Of a DNA stretch of 64,000 nucleotides, positions 54,339 through 63,775 are shown in pieces. Every line of letters starts with the position of its first letter. The first letter of the stretch is position 1. The stretch lies in assembly GCA_963804645.1 (NCBI GenBank), contig CAWDRG010000009.1:448001-512000 (forward strand). The letters are read 5' to 3'. The position numbers and the translations under genes were made by a program. This DNA comes from an uncultured Bacillota bacterium. GTDB lineage: Bacteria; Sysuimicrobiota; Sysuimicrobiia; Sysuimicrobiales; Segetimicrobiaceae. Under the pieces are notes generated by a model. That model made no database searches. It was not told the DNA's origin and was given only the letters and a program-made list of their open reading frames with translations.

Positions 54339-54356
54339 CTGGGCCCTTCGACCGAT
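54339..54356 (+). promoter_or_regulatory. 7-4-7 palindromic regulator box, copy 4
   Basis: CTGGGCC-CTTC-GACCGAT, 21 nt before TATCGT (54378-54383). Confidence 0.7.
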
Positions 54357-54442
54357 GCCGCAAGGTCGCACCGCCACTATCGTCAGGACGGAGACGTTGT
54401 CTCGAACGACAATCGGACGCGAGAGATTGGAAGGGATGGACC

Positions 54443-55123
54443 GTGGACCGCTACGGAGCTACGCGATGGCTCTTCAGGGGGATCCTCCGGCTGGGTTTTG
54501 GGCTGCGGGTTACGGGCGACGAGCACGTCCCCACCCACGGTGCCGTGATTCTTGCCGCGAACCATGGCAGCCAGATCGACCCGATCGTCCTCGCGACAGC
54601 CATGCCGCGGCGCTGCACCTTCCTGGCCGCGGCCGAGTTGCTCACGATGCCCCTGCTGGGGACGCTCGTCCGCCCGTTCAATCTCGTCCCGATCAAACGC
54701 GGTGGGTTTGACCGCCGCGCCCTCAAGCACTGCCTGGACCGCCTCGGACGTGGAGAGGCGCTGGCGATCTTTCCAGAAGGGAAGATCAGCACCGACGGAC
54801 GGCTCCAACCCGCCCGCGACGGCCTCGGATTCATTGCCTACCACGCCCGTGTCCCGATCGTACCGGTGGGGATCACGGGGACCTACGAGGTGTGGCCGCT
54901 GGGAACACGAAGGCCTCGTCGGCGGAGGATCACCGTCCAGATCGGTGAAGCGATCGAACCCGAGGGGACACCGACCAGAGAGCACGAATCGGTCCTGACC
55001 GCACGCGTGATGGCCGCGATCGGCCGGCTCTCGGGCACGGCCGCAGGATCGTCCGTACCATTCTCGACCGGGGCATGCCCGGATGCACGCGAACGGATAT
55101 GCCTGCCGAGCGCGGCGGACTAA
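54443..55123 (+). CDS. PlsC-like lysophospholipid acyltransferase
   Basis: NHGSQID, PIKRG, IFPEG, VPVGI. Confidence 0.88.
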   Translation: MDRYGATRWLFRGILRLGFGLRVTGDEHVPTHGAVILAANHGSQIDPIVLATAMPRRCTFLAAAELLTMPLLGTLVRPFNLVPIKRGGFDRRALKHCLDRLGRGEALAIFPEGKISTDGRLQPARDGLGFIAYHARVPIVPVGITGTYEVWPLGTRRPRRRRITVQIGEAIEPEGTPTREHESVLTARVMAAIGRLSGTAAGSSVPFSTGACPDARERICLPSAAD

Positions 55124-55133
55124 CGCGGGGGTG

Positions 55134-56819
55134 ATGTCTGTGGAGCGGACCTGGTTGCGGCACTACGATCCCGGAACCCCTGCCACCCTGTCCTACCCTG
55201 AGGTGCCGCTCTTCGGGCTCCTCGAGGAGAGCGCCCGCCGATTTCCGGACCGTCCGGCGGTGATTCTGGCCGGACCGAGCGGCCCGTCTACCCTGACCTA
55301 CTGCCAGGTCGACGCCCTGGCCAACCGGTTCGCGAACGCCTTGATCGCGCTCGGCATCGGACCCGGCGACCGCATCGCGCTCCAACTCCCCAACGTTCCA
55401 CGGTTCGTCATCTGCTTCTATGGCGCGCTGAAGGCCGGAGCGGCGGTGGTCCCCATCAATCCGCTCTACACGGCCGGTGACCTATCGACCATTCTCAAGA
55501 ACGCCGACCCGAAAGCGATCGTGACGCTGCCGCGGCTTGCGCCGCACGTCGACGAAGTGCTCGCGCAGGACGGCCGGACCACCGTGATCGTCACCGAGCC
55601 GTACGACGACTGCGGCAAGGCGTCGTGGCGTCCGCTCTCCACGCTGCTCGAGCACGCCGCGTCCCACCCATCCAAGGTGACGGTCGACCCGGCGCAGCTC
55701 GCCATCCTACAGTACACGGGTGGCACGACTGGCGTCCCCAAGGGCGCCATGCTCACCCACCGGAATCTCGTGGCGAACTGCACGCAGATGCGCTACTGGC
55801 TGAACGATCTCCGGGAGGGCGATGAACGGTTCCTGGCGGTCGTGCCGTTCTTCCACGCCTACGGCCTTACCGTCGCGCTCAACACGCCCATCGCCGCCGG
55901 CGGAAGCGTGATCTGTCTCCCCATGGCCGAGTTTGACGCGCGACTGGTGGCGGAAGTGATCGCCCAGTACCGCCCGACCGTCTTTCCCGGCGCCCCCGCC
56001 GTGTACGACGCCATCAACCGGGTGAAGGATGTCCGGCGGTACAATCTCTCATCCATCAAGGTCTGCGTGAGCGGCTCCGAGAGCCTGCCGCGGGAAGTCC
56101 AAGCCGAGTTTGAGCGGCTCACCGGCGCCACCGTCGTCGAAGGGTACGGATTGACCGAGGCTTCGCCGGGAACTCACACCAACCCCGTCCACGGCCTGCG
56201 GAAGGTGGGCAGCATCGGCCTGCCGCTTCCCGATACCGACGCCATCATCGTGGATCAGGAGACAGGAGCGCACGAGGTTCCTTCAGGCGAGCCCGGGGAG
56301 CTGGTGATCCGCGGTCCGCAGGTGATGCAGGGCTATTGGCACGCCCCTGAAGAGACGGCGGCCGTGCTCCGAGACGGCTGGCTGCACACCGGAGACGTCG
56401 CCCGGGTGGACGAGGACGGCTTCTTCTATATCGTCGATCGCATGAAAGATCTCGTGATCGTCGGTGGACGGAAAGTCTACCCAAGCGAGATCGAGGCGTG
56501 CCTGCGCGAACATCAGACGATCGAGGCCGCCGCGGTGGTCGGCGTTCCGCGCCGCGTCGGCAAAGAACTGCTCGTGGCCCAGGTCGTGCTCAAAGACGGC
56601 GTGGACGCCGAACCGGAGCAGCTCAGCCGGGAATTGCTGAAGTTCCTTCGCGCGCGGCTGGCGTCATATAAGGTGCCCCGACGCCTGCACATCGTCGATG
56701 CGCTGCCCAGGTCCCCCGTGGGTAAGATCCTCCGGCGCGACGTTCGCGACGCGGAGACTGCCATACTCCAACGTGACATTCGCGACGCGCGGGCCGCCAG
56801 AACCGACCCGGATGGCTAG
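55134..56819 (+). CDS. Long-chain fatty acid-CoA ligase (FadD-like)
   Basis: LQYTGGTTGVPKG, PFFHAYG, EGYGLTEASP, GWLHTGD, DRMKD, PRSPVGKILR. Confidence 0.93.
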   Translation: MSVERTWLRHYDPGTPATLSYPEVPLFGLLEESARRFPDRPAVILAGPSGPSTLTYCQVDALANRFANALIALGIGPGDRIALQLPNVPRFVICFYGALKAGAAVVPINPLYTAGDLSTILKNADPKAIVTLPRLAPHVDEVLAQDGRTTVIVTEPYDDCGKASWRPLSTLLEHAASHPSKVTVDPAQLAILQYTGGTTGVPKGAMLTHRNLVANCTQMRYWLNDLREGDERFLAVVPFFHAYGLTVALNTPIAAGGSVICLPMAEFDARLVAEVIAQYRPTVFPGAPAVYDAINRVKDVRRYNLSSIKVCVSGSESLPREVQAEFERLTGATVVEGYGLTEASPGTHTNPVHGLRKVGSIGLPLPDTDAIIVDQETGAHEVPSGEPGELVIRGPQVMQGYWHAPEETAAVLRDGWLHTGDVARVDEDGFFYIVDRMKDLVIVGGRKVYPSEIEACLREHQTIEAAAVVGVPRRVGKELLVAQVVLKDGVDAEPEQLSRELLKFLRARLASYKVPRRLHIVDALPRSPVGKILRRDVRDAETAILQRDIRDARAARTDPDG

Positions 56820-56820
56820 A

Positions 56821-58068
56821 ATGAGTGACCAGCCGACCCGGCCGCTCGCTCTCTCAGAGCTCGTGTGGCTCGGGGTCTTCTGGTTTGCGGTCAGCTTCAA
56901 CTGGGGCGCGCTCCTCACCGTGGTCGTCCCTGCGGAAGTGCTCCGGTTCGTCCCCGAGTCGCAAAAAGGGCTGTATCTCGGGCTCCTTTTCGCGGGCGGC
57001 GCGGTGATGGCGATGGTGGTGTCACCCGTCGTCGGGGCGCTGAGCGACCGCTCGACCCTTCCAATGGGCCGACGGCGGCCATTCGTCGTGGCCGGCGTGC
57101 TCCTCGCCGTACCCGGGCTGCTCGGCATGCGGTACGCACCGACCTACGCCACGTTTGCGGCGGCTCTACTCTGGGTTCAATTGGCGGTCAATATCGCGGC
57201 CAGCGCCTTCAACGGTCTGATTCCCGATAAGATTCCTCCCGCTCAGCGGGGGGCCATGTCCGGGGTCATGGGAGTCATGATGATGGGAGGAACGATTGCC
57301 GCCGCCCTGCTGTCAGGCCGCCTCGTTGGGCTCGGGATGACCGGCGCCGTGTACTGGGTCATCGCCGGAGTCCTCCTCGCCGCGACGGCGCTCGTCGTCT
57401 GGAAGGTCCCCGAGACACCGCTGCGGGAGCGCCCGCCGTTCGTGCTACCGGCGTTCGTGCGGGCGTTCTGGATCGACCCGCGCCGCTATCCCGATTTCGC
57501 CTGGCTGTTCGTCACGCGGGGACTGGTCATGCTGGGGTTCTACACGATCATGACCTTCCTCCAGTTTTTCATCCGAGACACCTTGCACCTGACCATTCCC
57601 GCGGCGGCGCAGGCCACCGGGACGCTCAGCGCCGTCGTGATCGCGGCCGGTGCGCTCGTCGCGGTGGTGGCGGGATCGGCCTCGGATCGGCTCGGACGGA
57701 AGGGGATCGTGTCTACCGCGGGGATGTTCCTGGCGTTCACCTGCGTCGGCCTGCTCTTTCAGCCCCCCTTCCCCGTCCTTCTCTGGATCGGCGTGCTCTT
57801 CGGCATCGGTTACGGGGCATATACGAGCGTGGACTGGGCGCTGGCGATCGACGTACTCCCGTCGAGGGACTCGGCGGCCAAGGACCTGGGGATCTGGGCG
57901 ATCTCGAACACGCTGCCACAAGTGCTGGCCCCTGCCATGGCCGGGCCGCTCCTCGACATCTTCAACCGGATGAGGCCAAATCTCGGGTACACGGTCGTGT
58001 TCTCGCTGGCCATCGTCGACGTGACGCTCGGCTCCGCGTTCGTCTGGAAGATCAAAGGAACCCGATAG
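56821..58068 (+). CDS. MFS transporter
   Basis: GALSDRS..PMGRRRPF, SDRLGRK, VDWALAIDVLP; about 12 helices. Confidence 0.88.
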   Translation: MSDQPTRPLALSELVWLGVFWFAVSFNWGALLTVVVPAEVLRFVPESQKGLYLGLLFAGGAVMAMVVSPVVGALSDRSTLPMGRRRPFVVAGVLLAVPGLLGMRYAPTYATFAAALLWVQLAVNIAASAFNGLIPDKIPPAQRGAMSGVMGVMMMGGTIAAALLSGRLVGLGMTGAVYWVIAGVLLAATALVVWKVPETPLRERPPFVLPAFVRAFWIDPRRYPDFAWLFVTRGLVMLGFYTIMTFLQFFIRDTLHLTIPAAAQATGTLSAVVIAAGALVAVVAGSASDRLGRKGIVSTAGMFLAFTCVGLLFQPPFPVLLWIGVLFGIGYGAYTSVDWALAIDVLPSRDSAAKDLGIWAISNTLPQVLAPAMAGPLLDIFNRMRPNLGYTVVFSLAIVDVTLGSAFVWKIKGTR

Positions 58069-58076
58069 GATCGCCC

Positions 58077-58889
58077 ATGCGATCTCTTCACGCGAACCGT
58101 TTTCGAGGCCGTCCAGGAATCGGAATCCCGGACCGGCGGCTCCGGGCGGTCGCCTTCCAGAGTGCCGGCAAAATCAGGCTGGCTGGTTGGCACGGCGAGG
58201 CGTCCAGGATGCCCGCGACGATCATCCTTTGCCACGGCCTGCCGGGGGACAAGCGCGACATGGGGGGCCTCGCCCGCGCACTCATGGACGCGGGCTTCGG
58301 CGTGCTGGCGTTCGACTTCCGCAGCTGGGGCGAGAGCGGCCGAGGTCCGGTCACGTTCGGCCGTCGGGAGACGCAGGATGTGCTGGGCGCCGTCAGGTTC
58401 GTGCAGCACCGGCGGGCCGAACCGATACCGCACATCGGCGTCGTTGGGCTCTCGATGGGAGCCGCGGCGGCCATCATGGCGGCCGCCGAGACCCCGGCGA
58501 TCGAAGCCGTGGTCGCCGACAGCAGCTATGCCAGGCTCGATCAGGCCGTCGACCGCGTCGTCGGGCGGTTCTGGGGGCCGCTTGCCGCGCTCACGCCGGC
58601 CTCCGCCTGGCGCCTCGGCGAGCGCCTCATCGGGGCGCCGCTCGCGACCGTCTCCCCCGTAGCAGCGATTGCCGGCATCAGCCCCCGCCCGGTCCTCATC
58701 ATTCACGGGGTGAAGGATCGGTTGATCGATGTCCGGGACGCCCACGCCCTTTACCGGGCGTGCGGCGATCCCAAAACCCTCTGGATCATCGAGGAGGCCG
58801 GGCACGCGAGGACGCGCCGAGTTGGGGTCGAGGAGTATGACCGGCGCATTATCAGGTTCTTCCGCCAGCACCTCACCGGGACGCGGTGA
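58077..58889 (+). CDS. Alpha/beta hydrolase
   Basis: LCHG, FDFR, GLSMG nucleophile elbow, IIHGVKD, AGH. Confidence 0.85.
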   Translation: MRSLHANRFRGRPGIGIPDRRLRAVAFQSAGKIRLAGWHGEASRMPATIILCHGLPGDKRDMGGLARALMDAGFGVLAFDFRSWGESGRGPVTFGRRETQDVLGAVRFVQHRRAEPIPHIGVVGLSMGAAAAIMAAAETPAIEAVVADSSYARLDQAVDRVVGRFWGPLAALTPASAWRLGERLIGAPLATVSPVAAIAGISPRPVLIIHGVKDRLIDVRDAHALYRACGDPKTLWIIEEAGHARTRRVGVEEYDRRIIRFFRQHLTGTR

Positions 58890-58903
58890 AGGAGGGGTAC
58901 GCC

Positions 58904-60157
58904 ATGCGGCGCCCGAGGTCAATCACGGAGTTTCGGCCGGCCAAGCCCAATCGGGCCTTCATCAACCTCATGCGGCTGGTCAACAGGTTCTACGTGATGC
59001 CTCGGGCGCGCCTCGGCTGTCAGATCCGAGAGATCGAAAAGCTGAGGAACCTGCCCCCCGGGGTGATGATCATCCCGAACCACTCGGACTACGCGGACGC
59101 GCTGGTGGTGACGGAGCTCACGCGGCGGGCCCGCCGGTTCGTGACGTTCATGGCGACCCGCGAGACCTTCGACGTGCACCGCGGTCTGGACGGCTTGGTC
59201 CTGCAGTGGATGGGCGGATTCTCCGTCAACCGGGGCGGGGGAAACGCGAAGTGCCAGCAGTTTGCGAAGGAGATCGTCAAACGGAGAGAGTACGACCTGC
59301 TGATCTTTCCCGAGGGCGAGGTGTATCTCCTCAACGATCTCGTGATGCAATTCAAGCCGGGCGTCGCGATGCTGGCGCTGGAGGTAGCCAGCGAGAACCG
59401 CAAGGAGGGACGGCGCGAGCGTCTCGTCCGCATCGTCCCGGTGGCGATCAAGTACCATTATCTGGAAGACGTCACGCCCGCGTTGGACGAGGTCACGGCC
59501 GGGCTCGAGGTGACGCTCTTCGGCGAGCGCCGGTCGGGCCCGCTGTACGGCCGCATGTATGCGCTCGGGGTCGAACTGCTCAACGTGCGGGAGCAGGAAT
59601 GGGGCATCCATTCGGATCCCACATGGGATGTCTACGATCGCACCCGTCACGTCCAGAAGTTTCTGCTCGACAGCCTCGAGCGCCGGTATCTCGAGCGGGT
59701 GCGGGACGAGCTGCCGTTTGACCGGGCGCGCCGGCTGATCCTTCACCTACTCGAGGCGCTGGACACCCTGCGCGCGCGGCAGAATCTTCCCGAGGCCGAG
59801 CGCACGGCGCTCACCGCGGAGCTTCGGCGGGACCTGCGGCGGGCGCAGGCGGCGGCTCGATCCGTCTCGTTCGCCGACGATTACCTGATCAGCCGTCCAA
59901 CCGCTGAGCGCATGGCCGAGACGGTGACCAAACTCGCACGCGAGATCTACGGCCGCGAGGCGTTTCTGCCGAAGGTGAAGCGCACGGCAATGATCAGCGT
60001 CGGGGACCCCATTGATGTCCGCCCGTACCTGGCCGGGTACGACGACCGCGCGACCCGAAAGGAAACCATCCTGCGCCTCACCGGCGACCTCCAGGCGAGC
60101 ATCCAGACGATGATCGACGCGGCCAACTCGGAAATCGACGCGGAAGCGCGGGCGTGA
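58904..60157 (+). CDS. Glycerolipid acyltransferase family protein (long form)
   Basis: PNHSDYAD, GGFSVNRG, IFPEGE, FKPG, VPVAIKY. Confidence 0.85.
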   Translation: MRRPRSITEFRPAKPNRAFINLMRLVNRFYVMPRARLGCQIREIEKLRNLPPGVMIIPNHSDYADALVVTELTRRARRFVTFMATRETFDVHRGLDGLVLQWMGGFSVNRGGGNAKCQQFAKEIVKRREYDLLIFPEGEVYLLNDLVMQFKPGVAMLALEVASENRKEGRRERLVRIVPVAIKYHYLEDVTPALDEVTAGLEVTLFGERRSGPLYGRMYALGVELLNVREQEWGIHSDPTWDVYDRTRHVQKFLLDSLERRYLERVRDELPFDRARRLILHLLEALDTLRARQNLPEAERTALTAELRRDLRRAQAAARSVSFADDYLISRPTAERMAETVTKLAREIYGREAFLPKVKRTAMISVGDPIDVRPYLAGYDDRATRKETILRLTGDLQASIQTMIDAANSEIDAEARA

Positions 60158-60996
60158 ACCTGGCCGAGGCGCGGTCCGTCCGATGGGCGACGCGCTTCCT
60201 CGGGCGCCTGGCGGAGCATCAGGTCGCCGAGCAGGCGACGATCATCGCGTTCAACATTATCTACGCGCTGTTTCCCCTGGCACTGTCTCTCACGGCGATC
60301 GGGGGATACGTCTACCGCGGCGGCGCCGCGCGGGCGCAGCTGCTGCACGCGGTGCGCGCCGCGTTCCCCGCACAGGTCGCGAAAGAGATGACCGACGTGA
60401 TCAACACCGCCGGCAGCCACTCCGGGCTCCTCGGCGTCATCGGGTTTCTCACACTCTTCTGGGCGGGGTCGAACCTCTTCGCCGCGATTGAGACGAGTTT
60501 TGCCCGAATCTTCAGCGCCCCGGCCCGCGGGATCGTCCACCAGCGCCTTGTCGCCTTCCTCGTGATCCTCGCGTTCTCCGCACTCCTCATACTGTCCATC
60601 GCGGCCGCAAACCTCGCAGTGTTCCTGGGAGGCCGCGGTGGGCCGGGGGCCGCGCTCGCGTGGACCGGCCGGCAGTCGCTGGGACTCTTGGGCGGCTGGG
60701 GGGTCGCGTCGCTCATGGTTCTCGTGCTTTACGCGGTGGTGCCGAACGTCCGGTTGCCCTTCCGCGCGCTGTGGCCCGGCGCCGTCCTCGCCGGAACGGC
60801 CCTCCAGATCGTCGCCCTGGTGTTTCCCTTGTATATCCGGTATCTTGCCGGGATCAACCGGTTTGGCGACGCCTTCAGCCTGACCTTTCTGCTGATGACG
60901 TGGTCCTACCTGGTCGCGTTCATCCTGCTGGCCGGGGCGGAGATCAACGCGCTCCGCCGCGTGTCCGTGAGCGGACCGTCCAGATCCAGCCAGTGA
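60154..60996 (+). CDS. YihY/BrkB family membrane protein
   Basis: IAFNIIYALFP, WAGSNLF, LYAVVPN, WPGA, W.YL..FILLAGAEIN. Confidence 0.87.
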   Translation: MNLAEARSVRWATRFLGRLAEHQVAEQATIIAFNIIYALFPLALSLTAIGGYVYRGGAARAQLLHAVRAAFPAQVAKEMTDVINTAGSHSGLLGVIGFLTLFWAGSNLFAAIETSFARIFSAPARGIVHQRLVAFLVILAFSALLILSIAAANLAVFLGGRGGPGAALAWTGRQSLGLLGGWGVASLMVLVLYAVVPNVRLPFRALWPGAVLAGTALQIVALVFPLYIRYLAGINRFGDAFSLTFLLMTWSYLVAFILLAGAEINALRRVSVSGPSRSSQ

Positions 60997-61250
60997 GCGC
61001 GGCTCCCATCATGACGGACCCGAACGCGAGTCGGGTCGCGAACGTCCCGCCGATCCGGCGGACGAAGAGAGCGGCCAGGGAGACGACCAGAGGTCAAACC
61101 ACCGCGGGAGCCAGCCCCGCGTACTGCTCCGGGGCGCGCGCTCACCCACGCAAGCACGCCGCGCGAGGATAACGCCCGGCGAATTCCGGTGCTGAGACGA
61201 GAAATGGGTGTTCCTTTACAGAAAGGTGCGATTGCCGTCGGCGACCGCGA

Positions 61251-61931
61251 TCAACGCGCCTCGTTGCGCCGGCCGAGACCCGAGCGGGACGCCAGCACCG
61301 CTGCCTCGGTCCGATGGTTCACTTGCAGCTTGGAGAGGATACTGCTGATGTGGTGCTTGACGGTCTTCTCCGCGATCGAGAGGCGATCGGCCATGTCCTG
61401 ATTGCGAAGCCCCTCGGCTAGTAGGGCGAGGACCTCGTGCTCCCGGGGCGTCAATTCCGAGAAGCGCTGCGCTTGGCGGTGGTCCGGCTCCGCGAGACGG
61501 CTGAACTCTCGAATGACCCGGCTCACCAATCCGGGGTGCAGGATCCCTTCGCCGTCGCGCACGGACCGGATGGCGCGCAGGATCTCCTCCGGGCTCGCGT
61601 CCTTCAGCAGGTAGCCGCGGGCGCCCGCCTGCAGCGCACGAAAGACACGGTCGTCATCGGAATAGATCGTCAGGATGATCACCTTGATGGCAGGTGCCCG
61701 CTCGGCGAGCGTGTGGGTCGCCGCGATGCCATCCAGCCGCGGCATCCCGATGTCCATCAGGACCACGTCGGCCTGACGCTCGACGGCAAGCCCCACCGCT
61801 TCCTGGCCGTCGCCGGCCTCACCCACGATCTCGACGTCCTCGGCCATCGCCAGCAGGTTCGTCAGGGCGTGGCGCAGGACACTCTCGTCATCGGCGACGA
61901 GCAGCCGGATCTTCTGGGCGGCCTGGCTCAC
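61251..61931 (-). CDS. NarL/LuxR-family response regulator
   Basis: LVADD, VLMDIGMP, GARGYLLK, LTPREHEVL, TVKHHISSILSKL. Confidence 0.95.
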   Translation of the reverse strand: MSQAAQKIRLLVADDESVLRHALTNLLAMAEDVEIVGEAGDGQEAVGLAVERQADVVLMDIGMPRLDGIAATHTLAERAPAIKVIILTIYSDDDRVFRALQAGARGYLLKDASPEEILRAIRSVRDGEGILHPGLVSRVIREFSRLAEPDHRQAQRFSELTPREHEVLALLAEGLRNQDMADRLSIAEKTVKHHISSILSKLQVNHRTEAAVLASRSGLGRRNEAR

Positions 61932-63100
61932 GGTGCCCCCTCCCGCGGTCGCGGAGCGGCGCGCAGCGGGAGCGCGAACGTCACCGTGGTGCCGCCCGAG
62001 GGACGGGAGGAGATGTCCAGCGTCCCCCCGAGTTCCTCGGCCCGCTCGCGCATGTGCTCCACCCCGAATCCGCTTCGGTGTCCGCCGCGGCCGGCGTCGA
62101 AGCCGACGCCGTCGTCCGTCACGCTGCACCTCACGGCATCCGCGGACCGATCGAGGGTCACGATCACATGGCCCGCGCGGGCGTGCCGTGCAACGTTCGT
62201 CAGTGCCTCCTGCAGGATTCGCCGGAACGCAAACTCCGAGACAGGTGACAGCGGGACCTCCGGCGTCCGGCTTTGGACCTCGGTGGTGATCTCCGTGTGG
62301 GTGGACAGCGCGGCCAGGTACTGTCGCGCGGTGGCCACCGCTTCGCCCGCCGATGGTCCCGGAGAGCGGAAACCGAGGACCAGCAGGCGGATCTCATCCA
62401 GGCCCTGCCGGAGGAGCTGCTTGATCTCCGCGAGCAGCGCGCCGGCGCGTTGTGGGTCCGTGGACAGCAACCGTTCGGCCAGTTCCAACGACTGTGTTCC
62501 CGCGGCCAGGATATGACCCACGCCGTCGTGGATCTCACGAGCGAGCCGGCCCCGTTCCTCTTCGATGAGCAGTTGCTCGCCGAGGCGCGCGACCTCCCGT
62601 CCGTGCGCCGCCTCCCGCCACGCCGCCCAGGCGGCCCCCACTCCGGCGAGCAGCAGGAAGAAGAGGCGGTAGACCACGATCCACGTCGCTTCGAACGTGG
62701 CCGGCCGGACAGCGAGCACGTACCCGAGGGTGACCCAGACGCTTAGCAATACCACGAGCCAGAGGTCAAGCGTCAGGGCGCCTTCGCCGAGAACGAAGAA
62801 GTAGGCGAGGAAGAAGTCCGAGGTCAGGCCTCCGAGAAGCCGGACTCCCGCACTCACCACGGTCGCATCGATAAAGAGGAAACCGTACTCGGCCCAGACC
62901 GGGACCTTCCCCCTCAGAACGATCACGCTGCGGACAAGAAGGTACAGCACGGCCACAGCCGCTAGCCGATAGAGAGAGCCGGGCCACGGGCCCAGCACCA
63001 TCCGCCAGGCGGCCAGGCCTCCCATGAGCACCCACGCCAGGAAGGTGACCGCCCACTGTCGGTGCGTCCAGACTCCCATGGGCCGTGGTTGGGGCGACAT
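61928..63100 (-). CDS. HisKA_3 membrane sensor histidine kinase (start approximate)
   Basis: EERGRLAREIHD, RILQEALTNVARHA, DDGVGF, GFGVEHMRERA, GGTTV; multi-pass N-terminus. Confidence 0.93.
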   Translation of the reverse strand: MSPQPRPMGVWTHRQWAVTFLAWVLMGGLAAWRMVLGPWPGSLYRLAAVAVLYLLVRSVIVLRGKVPVWAEYGFLFIDATVVSAGVRLLGGLTSDFFLAYFFVLGEGALTLDLWLVVLLSVWVTLGYVLAVRPATFEATWIVVYRLFFLLLAGVGAAWAAWREAAHGREVARLGEQLLIEEERGRLAREIHDGVGHILAAGTQSLELAERLLSTDPQRAGALLAEIKQLLRQGLDEIRLLVLGFRSPGPSAGEAVATARQYLAALSTHTEITTEVQSRTPEVPLSPVSEFAFRRILQEALTNVARHARAGHVIVTLDRSADAVRCSVTDDGVGFDAGRGGHRSGFGVEHMRERAEELGGTLDISSRPSGGTTVTFALPLRAAPRPREGAP

Positions 63101-63472
63101 CGAAGCGCCATTCGACACCCGGACAGGCCCCTCCCCCAGTGCCCGCGCGTGGAAGCCCGGCGGAAGACCTTCCAATGGAAGATGGCCGATGTAGTGATGC
63201 GCTTCGGAGCGGGCGCGCAATTGTCTCCGGAGCTGCCTAGGTCACGGAACACTCGTCAATTTCGGGCAAGGATGCTCCCTCTCCCGGCTCTTGCGCATCG
63301 TCTGCCGCACCCACGCGGGCACGTACCTGTTGACGAGCCTGTAGGGCGGGCCACCAGCGGCCGGACGTCCGGGACGATCCACCGCTAATCCTTTGGCTAT
63401 TGTCCCATCGAGGGACGTAGGCCGACGCGCATCGTGGTTCCCTCCTAGCAGCGATATCGGTACAATATGTGT

Positions 63473-63522
63473 ATACGTGCTATCCCGTAACATTGTCAAT
63501 ACGTGCTAACTCGGGGTATACT
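63473..63522 (+). promoter_or_regulatory. Promoter with two ATACGTGCTA direct repeats
   Basis: Repeats at 63473 and 63499; TTGTCA (63493), 18 nt, TATACT (63517). Confidence 0.6.
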
Positions 63523-63528
63523 CAGAGC

Positions 63529-63738
63529 ATGCGGAAGCAGAGGACGCTCGACCCGAAAGAACACGGTCGGCGCGCAGGGAAAGCGCGACTGGAAGCGATG
63601 ACGTCCGAGGATCGCAAGCGGGTTGCCCGACTTGGTGCCGCGGCGCGTTGGAAGGGACTATCCAGGGCCGAGCGGTCCGAGGCCGCGCGCAAGGCCGTCC
63701 AGGTGCGGTGGGCGAAGACGAACCGGTCCAAGTCTTGA
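63529..63738 (+). CDS. Small basic 69-aa protein with two R..AR..A..RW-type repeats
   Basis: MRKQRTLDPKEHGRRAGKAR...EDRKRVARLGAAARW..LSRAERSEAARKAVQVRW. Confidence 0.7.
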   Translation: MRKQRTLDPKEHGRRAGKARLEAMTSEDRKRVARLGAAARWKGLSRAERSEAARKAVQVRWAKTNRSKS

Positions 63739-63775
63739 AGGCCCGAACGCGTCTGCGACGGACGAGGGGGTGGGT

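Noticed and set aside
63173..63190. Autoregulatory 7-4-7 box upstream of the histidine kinase
   Set aside because: Only one half-site (GGCCGAT) matches and there is no -10 at 21 nt
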